Assembly (NCBI GenBank): GCA_963664815.2
Contig: CAXXHB010000003.1
Span: 1,376,001 to 1,440,000, forward strand
DNA: 64,000 nt
Origin: Spirochaetota bacterium
GTDB taxonomy: Bacteria > Spirochaetota > UBA4802 > UBA5550
Direction of reading: 5' to 3'
Under the pieces are notes generated by a model that saw nothing but the letters and a program-made list of their open reading frames with translations, made no database searches and was not told where the DNA came from. This document shows, one piece after another, positions 1 to 8,928 of the stretch; the stretch's first letter is position 1; every line of letters starts with the position of its first letter. The position numbers were made by a program, and so were the translations under genes.

Positions 1-50
1 TGAGAATTTTTATAAAGGGAAATTTTTTGATTCGCTTTAAATTTAATTGC

Positions 51-75
51 TGATCTTCACCGGGTATAGTGGACA
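51..75 (+). mobile_element. IS3-family terminal inverted repeat remnant
   Basis: TGATCTTCACCGGGTATAGTGGACA resembles IS3-family ends (TGA...GTGGACA); an IS3 orfB fragment follows at ~181. Confidence 0.5.
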
Positions 76-77
76 TA

Positions 78-130
78 TGCTAACACCGATTAGAATTTGC
101 CGCTTTTCACCGATATAACTTTGCCGGTTT
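78..130 (+). mobile_element. IS21-family-like terminal repeat, copy 1
   Basis: TGCTAACACCGATTAGAATTTGCCGCTTTTCACCGATATAACTTTGCCGG: TG start, internal tandem CACCGAT..TTGCCG units; near-identical copies at 11120 and 20901. Confidence 0.6.
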
Positions 131-180
131 TGTGTCAGGAATCAGTCGAAGCTGACAACTCCCTATGTGCAGTAACTCTG

Positions 181-335
181 GAGTATATGGGAGTAACCAG
201 AAAGCAGGTTCGTCTGATTATGAAAAAAGCCGGTTTACGGGCGATTTATCCCGGAAAACGATTGTCAGTGCCATCTAAATATAATAAGAAATATCCGTAT
301 CTTCTCAAAGATAAAGAGATATGGTTTCCGGATCG
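181..335 (+). pseudogene. IS3-family transposase OrfB fragment
   Basis: Translation VTRKQVRLIMKKAGLRAIYPGKRLSVPSKYNKKYPYLLKDKEIWFPD matches the HTH_21/pre-rve segment of IS3 OrfB. Confidence 0.75.
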
Positions 336-493
336 TATATTGCAAAAGGACTTAGTTCATACTGGTATCTACGCTATCTGTTTGAAAAATTACCCGCATG
401 TAAATGTGATGATGTAATCAGGCTTATTATGCCGAACAGAATTAATTCTGATGTTATCGATAAATTCAGAGGTGGGGTTGCTTTAATGCTTAC
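336..493 (+). mobile_element. IS66-family transposase C-terminus plus right end
   Basis: AKGLSSYWYLRYLFEKLP...LIMPNRI is the IS66 C-terminal motif; ends in GGTGGGGTTG...GCTTAC, matching the IS66 GTAAGC terminus. Confidence 0.7.
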
Positions 494-518
494 GATTCAA
501 TAGAAGGAGTTTGGAATA

Positions 519-1469
519 ATGAGTTATATAAAAACAATAATGATTCTAACTACAATTTTATTTACTTTGCTCGGATGTAAAGAAATTGATATAAGTAAAA
601 AAAAGTACATCAGCCTCTTTTTAAAACCTAAAATTCGGATTTTAAATATTTCTTATGTGAAGATTTATTCACTTACTGATGATAAAATAATTGCATCAAA
701 AATAATTAACAATGATATTATTAAAATGTCATGGCATCCATCAAAACCAAGGCTATTATTATGTTGTAGTAATAAGCCTAAAAATTTAAAACGATTATTT
801 TTTATTTTTGATTTAAAATTAAATACTATTTCTGAATTGCAATTAGAAAATGCTTATGATGCAATATATGGAGATGATGGGAATATAGTTTATTTAAAAA
901 AGAATGAATTTGATAAATTATATAGTGGAAATTATGAAATAATCAAATATAATATTACTAATAATACTTTTGATCATCTTTTTTCGGAAAATAGTACATA
1001 TCCAGAAATAATCACATGCTACAATAACAATGTGTATTTAAAATATAAAAAGTTATCGGATGTTTCAATTAAGATTTTATCTATTGAAGGTCATCGTCAA
1101 TTATTAAAAACTGTTTTTCACAAAAGGATTACCCCGAATCTTGGAGATTTATACTTAAATCGTTATGGTAATAAATATATTATTTTAGGTGAAAATAATT
1201 CTAATGGTGTTCATGTATATGATATTGTTAATCCAGGATTATCAAAAAAGCTACATTTTCCGTTTATGTTGGAAGATGAGGATTATAAAATTTCATGGTC
1301 ATATGATGATACAAAAATATGTTTATTATCTTTTGACATAATGAATTTGCCACAGGCAGCATATCCTAAACTCTATTTATATGATATTATTAATGAAAAA
1401 AAAGACCGAGAAATTAGTCCAGTTCTTAATAATATTTTATTAGCTGAATGGAGTCCAATATACCAATAG
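519..1469 (+). CDS. putative lipoprotein, TolB/beta-propeller-like
   Basis: Lipobox LLGC; SWHP, SWSYD and EWSP repeats; RBS AAGGAG. Confidence 0.6.
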   Translation: MSYIKTIMILTTILFTLLGCKEIDISKKKYISLFLKPKIRILNISYVKIYSLTDDKIIASKIINNDIIKMSWHPSKPRLLLCCSNKPKNLKRLFFIFDLKLNTISELQLENAYDAIYGDDGNIVYLKKNEFDKLYSGNYEIIKYNITNNTFDHLFSENSTYPEIITCYNNNVYLKYKKLSDVSIKILSIEGHRQLLKTVFHKRITPNLGDLYLNRYGNKYIILGENNSNGVHVYDIVNPGLSKKLHFPFMLEDEDYKISWSYDDTKICLLSFDIMNLPQAAYPKLYLYDIINEKKDREISPVLNNILLAEWSPIYQ

Positions 1470-1613
1470 CTATATCTGTAATTTATAAACGTTACGGAGC
1501 ATTCTCGGTACTCAGCAACCCCGCTCATTTGGGGATTGATTTTCGCGCATTGCTTCGTAACATTTTGAGTGCAAGCTCGGAAGACGCATACGAAATATCG
1601 CATAGCGGTGTTC

Positions 1614-1994
1614 GTTGTACTCAAAAAGAACAAAAATGCTTTAACAAATATTGGAGGTTCTTATGATACGAGTATTAGTTCTTTATCCTAGAAAAGATAA
1701 TAGCAAATTTGATTTTAATTATTATAAAAATAATCATATGACATTGGTTAAAAAGAAATTAGAACCTATAAAAATAGAAATTGATCAAGGTTTAGATAGT
1801 AATAATAAACCATCTCCGTTTTATGTAGTGAGCCATATGTTATTTAATTCAAGAGAAGAACTTGCATTAAAATATGCCAAATTTGGAAAAGAATTAAATC
1901 TTGATAAAGAAAAATTTACAAACATAGAAATAATTACGCAAGTCAGCGAAATAATTGAAATATAATAAATATTGTTGTGCTTTCAGCGCACAAC
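1614..1994 (+). mobile_element. gene cassette (EthD), GTTGTAC...GCACAAC
   Basis: Core sites at both ends; the two ends are complementary at about 18/24 nt. Confidence 0.6.
1663..1965 (+). CDS. EthD family protein
   Basis: MIRVLVLYP...FDFNYYKNNH motif; GGAGG RBS before ATG 1663. Confidence 0.8.
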   Translation: MIRVLVLYPRKDNSKFDFNYYKNNHMTLVKKKLEPIKIEIDQGLDSNNKPSPFYVVSHMLFNSREELALKYAKFGKELNLDKEKFTNIEIITQVSEIIEI

Positions 1995-2021
1995 ACGATA
2001 TATGACTACACATAGTGGGGG

Positions 2022-2091
2022 TGCCAATGGACAGGTATAAATACTATTCGTATAAGCAGTGAGTAATGATGCCTGTAAATTTCAACACACA
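2022..2091 (+). repeat. intergenic repeat C, copy 1 (second copy 9413-9481)
   Basis: TGCCAATGGACAGGTATAAATAC..TTCGTAT..GCA..GAGTAATGATGCCTGTAAATT..CAACACACA occurs twice, each upstream of a B-type end. Confidence 0.85.
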
Positions 2092-2110
2092 TAAAAAAGC
2101 CGGCCAACCA

Positions 2111-2157
2111 GAATAGTATCTCAATCGGAGAAGATTGATTAAGATACTATTCTTAAC
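2111..2157 (+). repeat. hairpin repeat B, copy 1, abutting the cassette start GTT
   Basis: GAATAGTATCT-CAATC-GGAGAA-GATTG-ATTA-AGATACTATTC then TTAAC|GTT. Confidence 0.85.
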
Positions 2158-2266
2158 GTTATCTGCAATTCCCCCCGACTTGTGCTTGATAACTTTTTGT
2201 TTTTATTCATTATTAAAATATAAGAAAACTTCTTGACTACTAACCATATAATGATTACTTTGATTT

Positions 2267-2530
2267 ATGTACAATATAATCATTAAAAAAAGCATAATGA
2301 AAAATGTCCTGAAGATGCCGAAAGATATTCAATTTCATTTTGAATCTCTTGTTAATGATTTAAGAGAAAAAGGACCAGTTAGAAAAGAATGGCCGAACTT
2401 TAGCAGGTTAGGGAAAAATGAATACCATTGCCACTTATCACATAAATGGGTCGCATGTTGGTATTATGAAAATGATTCAGTAGTTATAGAGGTATATTAT
2501 GCAGGCAGTCGTGAAAACGCCCCGTATTGA
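2267..2530 (+). CDS. RelE/HigB-superfamily toxin
   Basis: 87 aa basic protein with WPNFSRL..YHCHL..WVACW...YAGSRENAPY, upstream of and overlapping an HTH antitoxin. Confidence 0.7.
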   Translation: MYNIIIKKSIMKNVLKMPKDIQFHFESLVNDLREKGPVRKEWPNFSRLGKNEYHCHLSHKWVACWYYENDSVVIEVYYAGSRENAPY

Positions 2531-2867
2531 AATAAACATTAAAGGTGATATTCCGCAGAAGATCATCACTTTATTGAAAGAAGAGTACGGAAAGAAAGTT
2601 CATTTAACAAAAGATGAAGACGATGAATATGTGGATATCTTCGAAACTGATTGGTATAAAAAAATCAGTGCAGAAAAAACTCCGGGCGACAATATGAAGA
2701 TTTACAGAAAGATTCATAAGTTAACTCAGAAAAAACTTGGTGAAATGCTTGGAGAAATTCCGGCGCAACACATTTCAAACATGGAAAACGGATCAAGACC
2801 AATTAGTAAAATTACAGCTAAGAAATTAGCAAAAATATTTGATGTATCAGTAGAACGGTTTATATAA
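2499..2867 (+). CDS. HigA-like XRE HTH antitoxin
   Basis: C-terminal HTH LTQKKLGEMLG..QHISNMENGSRPI. Confidence 0.8.
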   Translation: MQAVVKTPRIEINIKGDIPQKIITLLKEEYGKKVHLTKDEDDEYVDIFETDWYKKISAEKTPGDNMKIYRKIHKLTQKKLGEMLGEIPAQHISNMENGSRPISKITAKKLAKIFDVSVERFI

Positions 2868-2893
2868 TCAAACCGAACGGCGGGGGGAACAGC

Positions 2894-3019
2894 AGATAAC
2901 TTATAGAAGTCTTAACGTAGCTGCCCCAAAAAAACCGCTGGTCTTTATCAGCGATATAAAAATATTAAGCAGATAATTTTAATCTTCAGGCAGCAGCTAT
3001 GTTAAGACTTTTGTTGGAC
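2894..3019 (+). repeat. attC-like repeat A, copy 1
   Basis: AGATAAC TTATA GAAGTCTTAACGTAGCTGCC...AGCTATGTTAAGACTTTT GTTGGAC; the long arms are complementary. Confidence 0.8.
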
Positions 3020-3064
3020 AAAACCACTGACATCGGGCATTTATTATAAAACATGGAGTGAAAA

Positions 3065-3709
3065 ATGGATTGTTGCAAAAAAGTAATTCAATATTCATTG
3101 TTAAGCGGTTTTATTTCAGCTGTAATCTATCCATTGACTGATATTATAGCCGGGAATATGTATAGAGGATATAGCTTTAATGAGCAAGCTGTAAGTGAAT
3201 TATTCGCGATTAATTCACCCGTTGCTCCATTAGTCGTTTTTCTTTTCTCAATATCGAGTGTTTTTTTAATTCTCTTTTCTGCAAGTGTCTTCATGTTTTC
3301 AAAGAATAAAAAAATTATGCGTTTTTTAGCCCTGATGTTATCAGGAAATGCAATCAATAGTCTGATTTTATGGAATTTCTTTCCAATGCATATGCGCAAT
3401 GTTCAGCCTGCATTTACTGATAAAATGCATGCAATTCTGGCAATAAATCCCTTTGTACTCATCAGTATCATCATCGGAGTTTTTATGTATAAAAACTGGT
3501 TCCGTTATTATTCTCTTTTAACCATATTGATATTATTCATTCCGGCATTTTTATCTTTTTCATATATCCCACTGTTATTATCACATCAGCCAACACCATG
3601 GATGGGGTTCACTGAACGTGTATCTCAGTATGGTCATTTGTCATGGCTCGCGGTGTTATCAATTATGTTATTCAATAAAAACAGAGCATTTCAGAAGGGT
3701 AGCCTTTAA
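3065..3709 (+). CDS. DUF998-like membrane protein, copy 1
   Basis: GYSFNEQAVSELFA, FPMHMR, MHAIL and GFTER motifs; several TM segments. Confidence 0.75.
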   Translation: MDCCKKVIQYSLLSGFISAVIYPLTDIIAGNMYRGYSFNEQAVSELFAINSPVAPLVVFLFSISSVFLILFSASVFMFSKNKKIMRFLALMLSGNAINSLILWNFFPMHMRNVQPAFTDKMHAILAINPFVLISIIIGVFMYKNWFRYYSLLTILILFIPAFLSFSYIPLLLSHQPTPWMGFTERVSQYGHLSWLAVLSIMLFNKNRAFQKGSL

Positions 3710-4108
3710 AAATTCTGATACTGTTCTTTTTCAGGCTCTATAGAGATGGGGCAGATTCAGACACCCGATGAAAAATTCTTTATGGCTTAAAAACCGATGC
3801 TTTCAAACACATATGAAAAAGAGACTTAAACTTTCTGTTCTAATGATGAAATTCTTATATCTGCAGGACAAATTAAAATTGTACGGCACAGAATGATAAT
3901 TTTTGACAGGAACCCATTTTTAAAAGAAGATACTGATTATTTCTGCTATAAAAAACTGGAATTAAAACAGCTAACAGCCGCTGGTTGTATAGAGAGCTTA
4001 AGACGGCTTGAGCCGTATTAAAGGCGACCGGAGGAAGTGCCTGTGGTAAAACTTTCACGCACGGTTCTTATGGGGGAAAGGGGGTGTAAACTCCATGACC
4101 TGCCAGAC
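3710..4108 (+). mobile_element. group II intron 3' remnant (maturase C-terminus, DV, DVI)
   Basis: Decayed frame SDTVLFQAL*RWGRFRHPMK..WLKNR and KIVRHRMIIFDRNPFLKEDTDYF; DV GAGCCGTAT...ACTTTCACGCACGGTTC (4010-4067); DVI ending GACCTGCCAGAC. Confidence 0.85.
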
Positions 4109-4256
4109 TGTCGCTTCGAGGCTATAACTTTGGGACTGCTGTCCATGGCGGCGTTAATTGGGTAGAGTATATCATGAAATTTGACTATTAATGAAATGCT
4201 TACTATCATATAAACGAGGTGTAATTTTTTAAGTATTATGAATAAAACCATTCGGG

Positions 4257-5297
4257 ATGAAGGAGCAAGATGGGGAAATGATAAAAAAATCAATCATAGC
4301 GACGCTCATCGCAGGTTTGCTTTTCATTATTCTGACAGAGGATAATTTTGGCCATATGAATACGGTAAAACGTGCTTTTCTGATTTTTACAGCATTTATT
4401 GTACTTTGTACCTGCATTTACTGCTTTGTCCTTGCATTCTTTTCCTTCATCAGCGGGTGGAGAGTTCTGAGTCTCAAGTTTCCTTTACCGGAAACAGTCC
4501 AATCCGACTCTCTCCTTTTTTATACCCAAAGCGTTGGGATGGGTTATATGTACTACTCCATGAGTGTGGATATCAGGTTCATCGACGCAGGCCTGATTTT
4601 TTCCCAGTCCCGCTTTTTTACTTTTATGCACAGGCCATTCATTGTGCCATATGAAAAAGTCGAACATCCCGGGAAAATTAATTCATCCGATTCGGATCTT
4701 GAATTCACAGTTGAAGGGATCAAAATGAGGATGTCAGGTGAATCAGCGGAAGCCCTTATTAAGAAAAAAATGAATCCATCTCTCCCAATCGTTTCACTCA
4801 GGAGTGGTAAGGATGATCCCGACAGATCTATGAAAAAGGGGGGAGAGAAGTTCATCACGAGAAAATGCCGGTTCGAAGAACTTCAGCCCGGTTTCATTTC
4901 ACAGGTACGTGATTTTATTAAACATAAAAAAATAGACGGCCTTCAAGATGCGATGGTGCATTGCTGCGAAACAGCATACATGAAAAAGGGATTTTTCCTC
5001 GGGACAGTCTATCACCAGTACACGGACCTGCTATTAACCGGTGAGTGGTTTTTCTGGGGAGTCTGCGACGGCGATGGCTGCTCATCCGGGTGCGCAAAAA
5101 TAAAGGATATTACCGAAATCCATGATCCAGAGGAAATCCTCACCTTGAACCCGCTGGAAATCAGAGGTATCAATATAACCGGCTTCCACTACGACGAATC
5201 AGATCTCACCTCATGGCGCTTAAATGTGGGAAATGATGAGGAGAGCACATCATTCAGGAGGAAATTCGCGGAATTGGTCAGTAAATATCGCAAATAG
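4257..5297 (+). CDS. hypothetical membrane-anchored protein
   Basis: 346-aa ORF with two N-terminal TM helices; start may be 4278. Confidence 0.6.
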   Translation: MKEQDGEMIKKSIIATLIAGLLFIILTEDNFGHMNTVKRAFLIFTAFIVLCTCIYCFVLAFFSFISGWRVLSLKFPLPETVQSDSLLFYTQSVGMGYMYYSMSVDIRFIDAGLIFSQSRFFTFMHRPFIVPYEKVEHPGKINSSDSDLEFTVEGIKMRMSGESAEALIKKKMNPSLPIVSLRSGKDDPDRSMKKGGEKFITRKCRFEELQPGFISQVRDFIKHKKIDGLQDAMVHCCETAYMKKGFFLGTVYHQYTDLLLTGEWFFWGVCDGDGCSSGCAKIKDITEIHDPEEILTLNPLEIRGINITGFHYDESDLTSWRLNVGNDEESTSFRRKFAELVSKYRK

Positions 5298-5339
5298 TTA
5301 AGTTCACTTGATCAGGCCTATTTGTGCTAAACGAACGGA

Positions 5340-5522
5340 GGCCTTCGAGGTAAGAAGACGATACAGAAAATAGCCCAAATGTATGGAGTACACCCGAATC
5401 AGGTAACGCTTTGGAAAAAGCAGCTGATAGATAATGCAACATCAGCCTTTGATAAAGATGTCAAAGACAAAGACCTGGAAGAATCAGAAAAGAAGCAGGA
5501 TGAGCTATACAGCCAGGTAGGA
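5340..5522 (+). pseudogene. IS3-family OrfA (HTH) fragment
   Basis: LRGKKTIQKIAQMYGVHPNQVTLWKKQLIDNA...ELYSQVG. Confidence 0.8.
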
Positions 5523-5538
5523 GCTTCCCGTTTAACCT

Positions 5539-5585
5539 GAATAGTATCTCAATCGGAGAAGATTGATTAAGGCACTACCCTTAAC
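5539..5585 (+). repeat. hairpin repeat B, copy 2
   Basis: GAATAGTATCTCAATCGGAGAAGATTGATTAAGGCACTACCCTTAAC. Confidence 0.85.
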
Positions 5586-5668
5586 TTTATATGCAATGCC
5601 CGTCATTCATGAAAAATGCTTGACTTTTCATGAAACTTGATTATGTTACCCATAATGGAGGTGATATT

Positions 5669-5947
5669 ATGGCAATCCTGCAGGTTCGCGATATTGATGA
5701 TAGATTGTATGCTTCACTAAAAGCAATTGCAAAAAGTCAAAACAGATCTATCAGCCAGGAAGTAATTTCTATTATAGAAAAGTATCTTTCAAATCCGTCG
5801 GTTTATAAAAGTAATCCAACAAGAGAATTCATAGCTCTTTCCGGTGCATGGGATGACGATCGAGGTGCAGATGAAATAATTGATTCGATAAAAAAATCTC
5901 GTAAAAACTCTGAAAGATTTAAAAAAGAAAATGTCCTATTTGATTGA
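5669..5947 (+). CDS. FitA-like ribbon-helix-helix antitoxin
   Basis: MAILQVRDIDDRLYASLKAIAKSQNRSISQEV; GGAGG RBS. Confidence 0.8.
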   Translation: MAILQVRDIDDRLYASLKAIAKSQNRSISQEVISIIEKYLSNPSVYKSNPTREFIALSGAWDDDRGADEIIDSIKKSRKNSERFKKENVLFD

Positions 5948-6332
5948 TACAAATATAATAATTTATAGCATCAAAGGTGATTCTGTTGTTCATGAACATT
6001 TATTGAAAAATGAAAACATACCAAAATCAATATCCGTAGTCACATATGGAGAGTTGCTGTTTGGTGCTAAAAAATCTCAAAATTATGAAAAGAATTTAGC
6101 TATAGTTTATCGGATAAAAGAATTATTTCCTGTCATTGATATAGATAAAGCCATTATTGAAACCTTCAGTGAATTAAAAGCAAATCTGCAAAAATCAGGT
6201 TACCCAATAGATGATTTTGATTTGTTGATAGCGTCAACAGCTCTGACCATGAATTCAATTTTAGTCACAAATAATGAAAAACATTTTAATAGAATAAAAG
6301 GATTAAAAATAGAAAACTGGTCAAAGAAATAA
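5931..6332 (+). CDS. vapC: VapC PIN-domain toxin
   Basis: YLIDTNII, ELLFGA, DFDLLIA and LVTNNEKHF PIN motifs. Confidence 0.9.
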   Translation: MSYLIDTNIIIYSIKGDSVVHEHLLKNENIPKSISVVTYGELLFGAKKSQNYEKNLAIVYRIKELFPVIDIDKAIIETFSELKANLQKSGYPIDDFDLLIASTALTMNSILVTNNEKHFNRIKGLKIENWSKK

Positions 6333-6628
6333 ATAACGGGCACTGCATATAATGCTTACAACGCTGCGCTCGCGAAAAAATTCGTCTGGCCCTGCGGCAC
6401 ATTAAGGCAAAAGGCCGCCGCAAAGTCGGTAAGCAATGCGTTTAACAAAACCGCCTGCCTGATGAATGCCGGAGACATGGGCAACATGCTTTAATTTATT
6501 AGTTCTCAAATATTTCGAATTAAATCATTGGAGTGTAATATGATAAATATTGCTTACCTCAGTTAAATACTTGCTATTTCTGTTACTGGTATTAGTTTTT
6601 TAGCCATATGAGTTTTTGAAATACTATT

Positions 6629-6677
6629 CACAATGGGGTTAAAAATTAATACTCTTTTTTGCCCCATTGATTTTTTC
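6629..6677 (+). terminator. intrinsic terminator-like hairpin
   Basis: CAATGGGG...CCCCATTG followed by a T-run. Confidence 0.45.
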
Positions 6678-6729
6678 TTTAAAAAATTTGCCTAACTAAA
6701 GTAATTATAAAAATCAAGGAGCAAGTATC

Positions 6730-7500
6730 ATGAAAAAATTTTCAACAATATCATTCATATCTTTTTTTATTATACTTCTATTTACAATTTCCGGTTACAG
6801 CAGAGAAAAACAAATTAAATCCATAAGCCTTTATAAAGGTGGAGTAAAAGTAATTTTAACTGAAAATGATCAAGGAACAAATAAAGGGGAACTTTTTTAT
6901 CATTTATTCTACACAGTTGATTGGGTTAAAGTTAATAGTGAGTTAATTGCATTTACTGTGACTTATTCAAATTGTAATGAAACAAAAACTAAAGAAATAA
7001 ACTGTAAGAAAGATGAATGTTTTGATAAAGACTTTTTTTATGCCACTTGTAAACAGCAACCAAATTTTAGTGCTATTGAAATGATGAATTCAAGTTCAGA
7101 CGCGGGAACCATTCATGGAGGTAAAGCTGGGGATTGGTCCAAAGCAAAAAAGAAAACATGTATTGAGATAGATGAAACCGTTCGAGAAGAAATATTAAAT
7201 TGTATTGGAAAAGATGAATATGGTAATGTTCCAGTAGATAATTTTCCAAATAGAAAAATATTCAATTGCGGTAATTATGTTATAATAAATATTTATAAGA
7301 GGGATCGTGCTGGATCCGCAGATAATCCTAGACAGGAAGTTTTAGAATTTAGAAAAAAAATAAATAAAACATGTGAAGATGAGGCAAGAGAAATACTGAT
7401 AAACTCATATAATTTATCGAAAGATCAGTGTGGTACAACTATTAGAGCAACTTATTCAGAGGATGGTGACGTTTGGATATTGTATGCTATGCCAAAATAA
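6730..7500 (+). CDS. hypothetical secreted Cys-rich protein
   Basis: Signal peptide, many Cys, RBS AAGGAG. Confidence 0.6.
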   Translation: MKKFSTISFISFFIILLFTISGYSREKQIKSISLYKGGVKVILTENDQGTNKGELFYHLFYTVDWVKVNSELIAFTVTYSNCNETKTKEINCKKDECFDKDFFYATCKQQPNFSAIEMMNSSSDAGTIHGGKAGDWSKAKKKTCIEIDETVREEILNCIGKDEYGNVPVDNFPNRKIFNCGNYVIINIYKRDRAGSADNPRQEVLEFRKKINKTCEDEAREILINSYNLSKDQCGTTIRATYSEDGDVWILYAMPK

Positions 7501-7737
7501 TAATTATTAGGGTATACGGTGAGCACAAAATTTAATTTAGACAGGACATTATTGAGGAATTACTGTTAAGGAAGATGCTTTAAGTACCTTCTGATAATTA
7601 AACTTTCTATAGTATATTGTCGTTTTCAATATAGATAAAAAGAGAAGAAGAATTTGATTGTTAGTATAACAAATATGTCGTGAACTTTTCGGCGTCTTTG
7701 CCTCAAAGTTTAAAACATTTAGTAATGTGGCTGCATC

Positions 7738-7861
7738 GCATAATTTATGGAAGCATTAACGTAGCCGTCTAAAAACCGCTGGTCTTTATCAGCGGTATAA
7801 AAATATTAGAATAGATAATTTTAATCTTCAGGCAGCAGCTATGTTAAGACTTTTGTTGGAC
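7738..7861 (+). repeat. attC-like repeat A, copy 2
   Basis: GCATAAT TTATG GAAGCATTAACGTAGC...GCTATGTTAAGACTTTTGTTGGAC. Confidence 0.8.
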
Positions 7862-7906
7862 AAAACCACTGACATCGGGCATTTATTATAAAACATGGAG
7901 TGAAAA

Positions 7907-8551
7907 ATGAATTGTTGCAAAAAAGTAATTCAATATTCATTGTTAAGCGGTTTTATTTCAGCTGTAATCTATCCATTGACTGATATTATAGCCGGGAATA
8001 TGTATAGAGGATATAGCTTTAATGAGCAAGCTGTAAGTGAATTATTCGCGATTAATTCACCCGTTGCCCCATTAGTCGTTTTTCTTTTCTCAATATCGAG
8101 TGTTTTTTTAATTCTCTTTTCTGCAAGTGTCTTCATGTTTTCAAAGAATATAAAAATTATGCGTTTTTTAGCCATGATGTTATCAGGAAATGCAATCAAT
8201 AGTCTGATTTTATGGAATTTCTTTCCAATGCATATGCGCAATGTTCAGCCTGAATTTACTGATAAAATGCATGCAATTTTGGCAATAAATCCCTTTGTAC
8301 TCATCAGTATCATCATCGGAGTTTTTATGTATAAAAACTGGTTCCGTTATTATTCTCTTTTAACCATATTGATATTATTCATTCCGGCATTTTTATCTTT
8401 TTCATATATCCCACTGTTATTATCACATCAGCCAACACCATGGATGGGGTTCACTGAACGTGTATCTCAGTATGGTCATTTGTCATGGCTCGCGGTGTTA
8501 TCAATTATGTTATTCAATAAAAACAGAGCATTTCAGAAGGGTAGCCTTTAA
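7907..8551 (+). CDS. DUF998-like membrane protein, copy 2
   Basis: Differs from 3065-3709 at only 4 of 214 aa. Confidence 0.75.
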   Translation: MNCCKKVIQYSLLSGFISAVIYPLTDIIAGNMYRGYSFNEQAVSELFAINSPVAPLVVFLFSISSVFLILFSASVFMFSKNIKIMRFLAMMLSGNAINSLILWNFFPMHMRNVQPEFTDKMHAILAINPFVLISIIIGVFMYKNWFRYYSLLTILILFIPAFLSFSYIPLLLSHQPTPWMGFTERVSQYGHLSWLAVLSIMLFNKNRAFQKGSL

Positions 8552-8745
8552 AAATTCTGATACTGTTCTTTTTCAAGCTCTATAGAGATGGGGCAGATTC
8601 AGACACCCGATGGAAAATTCTTTATGGCTTAAAAACCGGTACTTGAAAACGCACAGGAAACAGGGACTTAAACCTTTTGTTCTGATGATGAGATTCTTAT
8701 ATCTGCAGGACACGCTAAAATTATATGGTACAGAATTATCATATT
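8552..8745 (+). mobile_element. group II intron maturase fragment, copy 2
   Basis: Homologous to 3710-3900 with the same in-frame TAG; diverges after ~8635; no DV. Confidence 0.75.
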
Positions 8746-8928
8746 GCATTCCAAACATAACTTGGTAATTCCATGGAAAGTAACCATTCTAAAATGATAT
8801 AATTCAAATGAAATTATTTACTGTTAGAATATCAATCGCAGATTTCTATAATGAACATGGAATTAGCACTGTGTCTCTGGTTTTCCAGAGCATAGATTTC
8901 GAATTTATTAAATAATAATAGAGGTTTT

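Larger units (their letters stand above)
2158..2900 (+). mobile_element. gene cassette carrying RelE/HigB-HigA TA pair
   Basis: Starts GTTATCTGCAATTCCCCCCG and ends CGGGGGGAACAGCAGATAAC (18/20 inverted match). Confidence 0.85.
5586..6353 (+). mobile_element. gene cassette carrying FitA/VapC TA pair
   Basis: TTATATGCAATGCCCGTCATT versus AATAACGGGCACTGCATATAA (19/21 inverted match); the terminal G and C are both T. Confidence 0.8.

Noticed and set aside
97-503. ORFs 97-417 and 321-503 as real genes
   Set aside because: They are chance read-throughs across fused IS fragments
6400-6480. c-di-GMP-I riboswitch (GGCAAA...CGCAAAG)
   Set aside because: Lacks the GAAA-capped P2 stem and P3; better explained as a degraded attC-like spacer after the VapC cassette
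3065-8551. Duplicated gene as a diversity-generating retroelement TR/VR pair
   Set aside because: The few differences are scattered and not adenine-specific, and no intact RT is present
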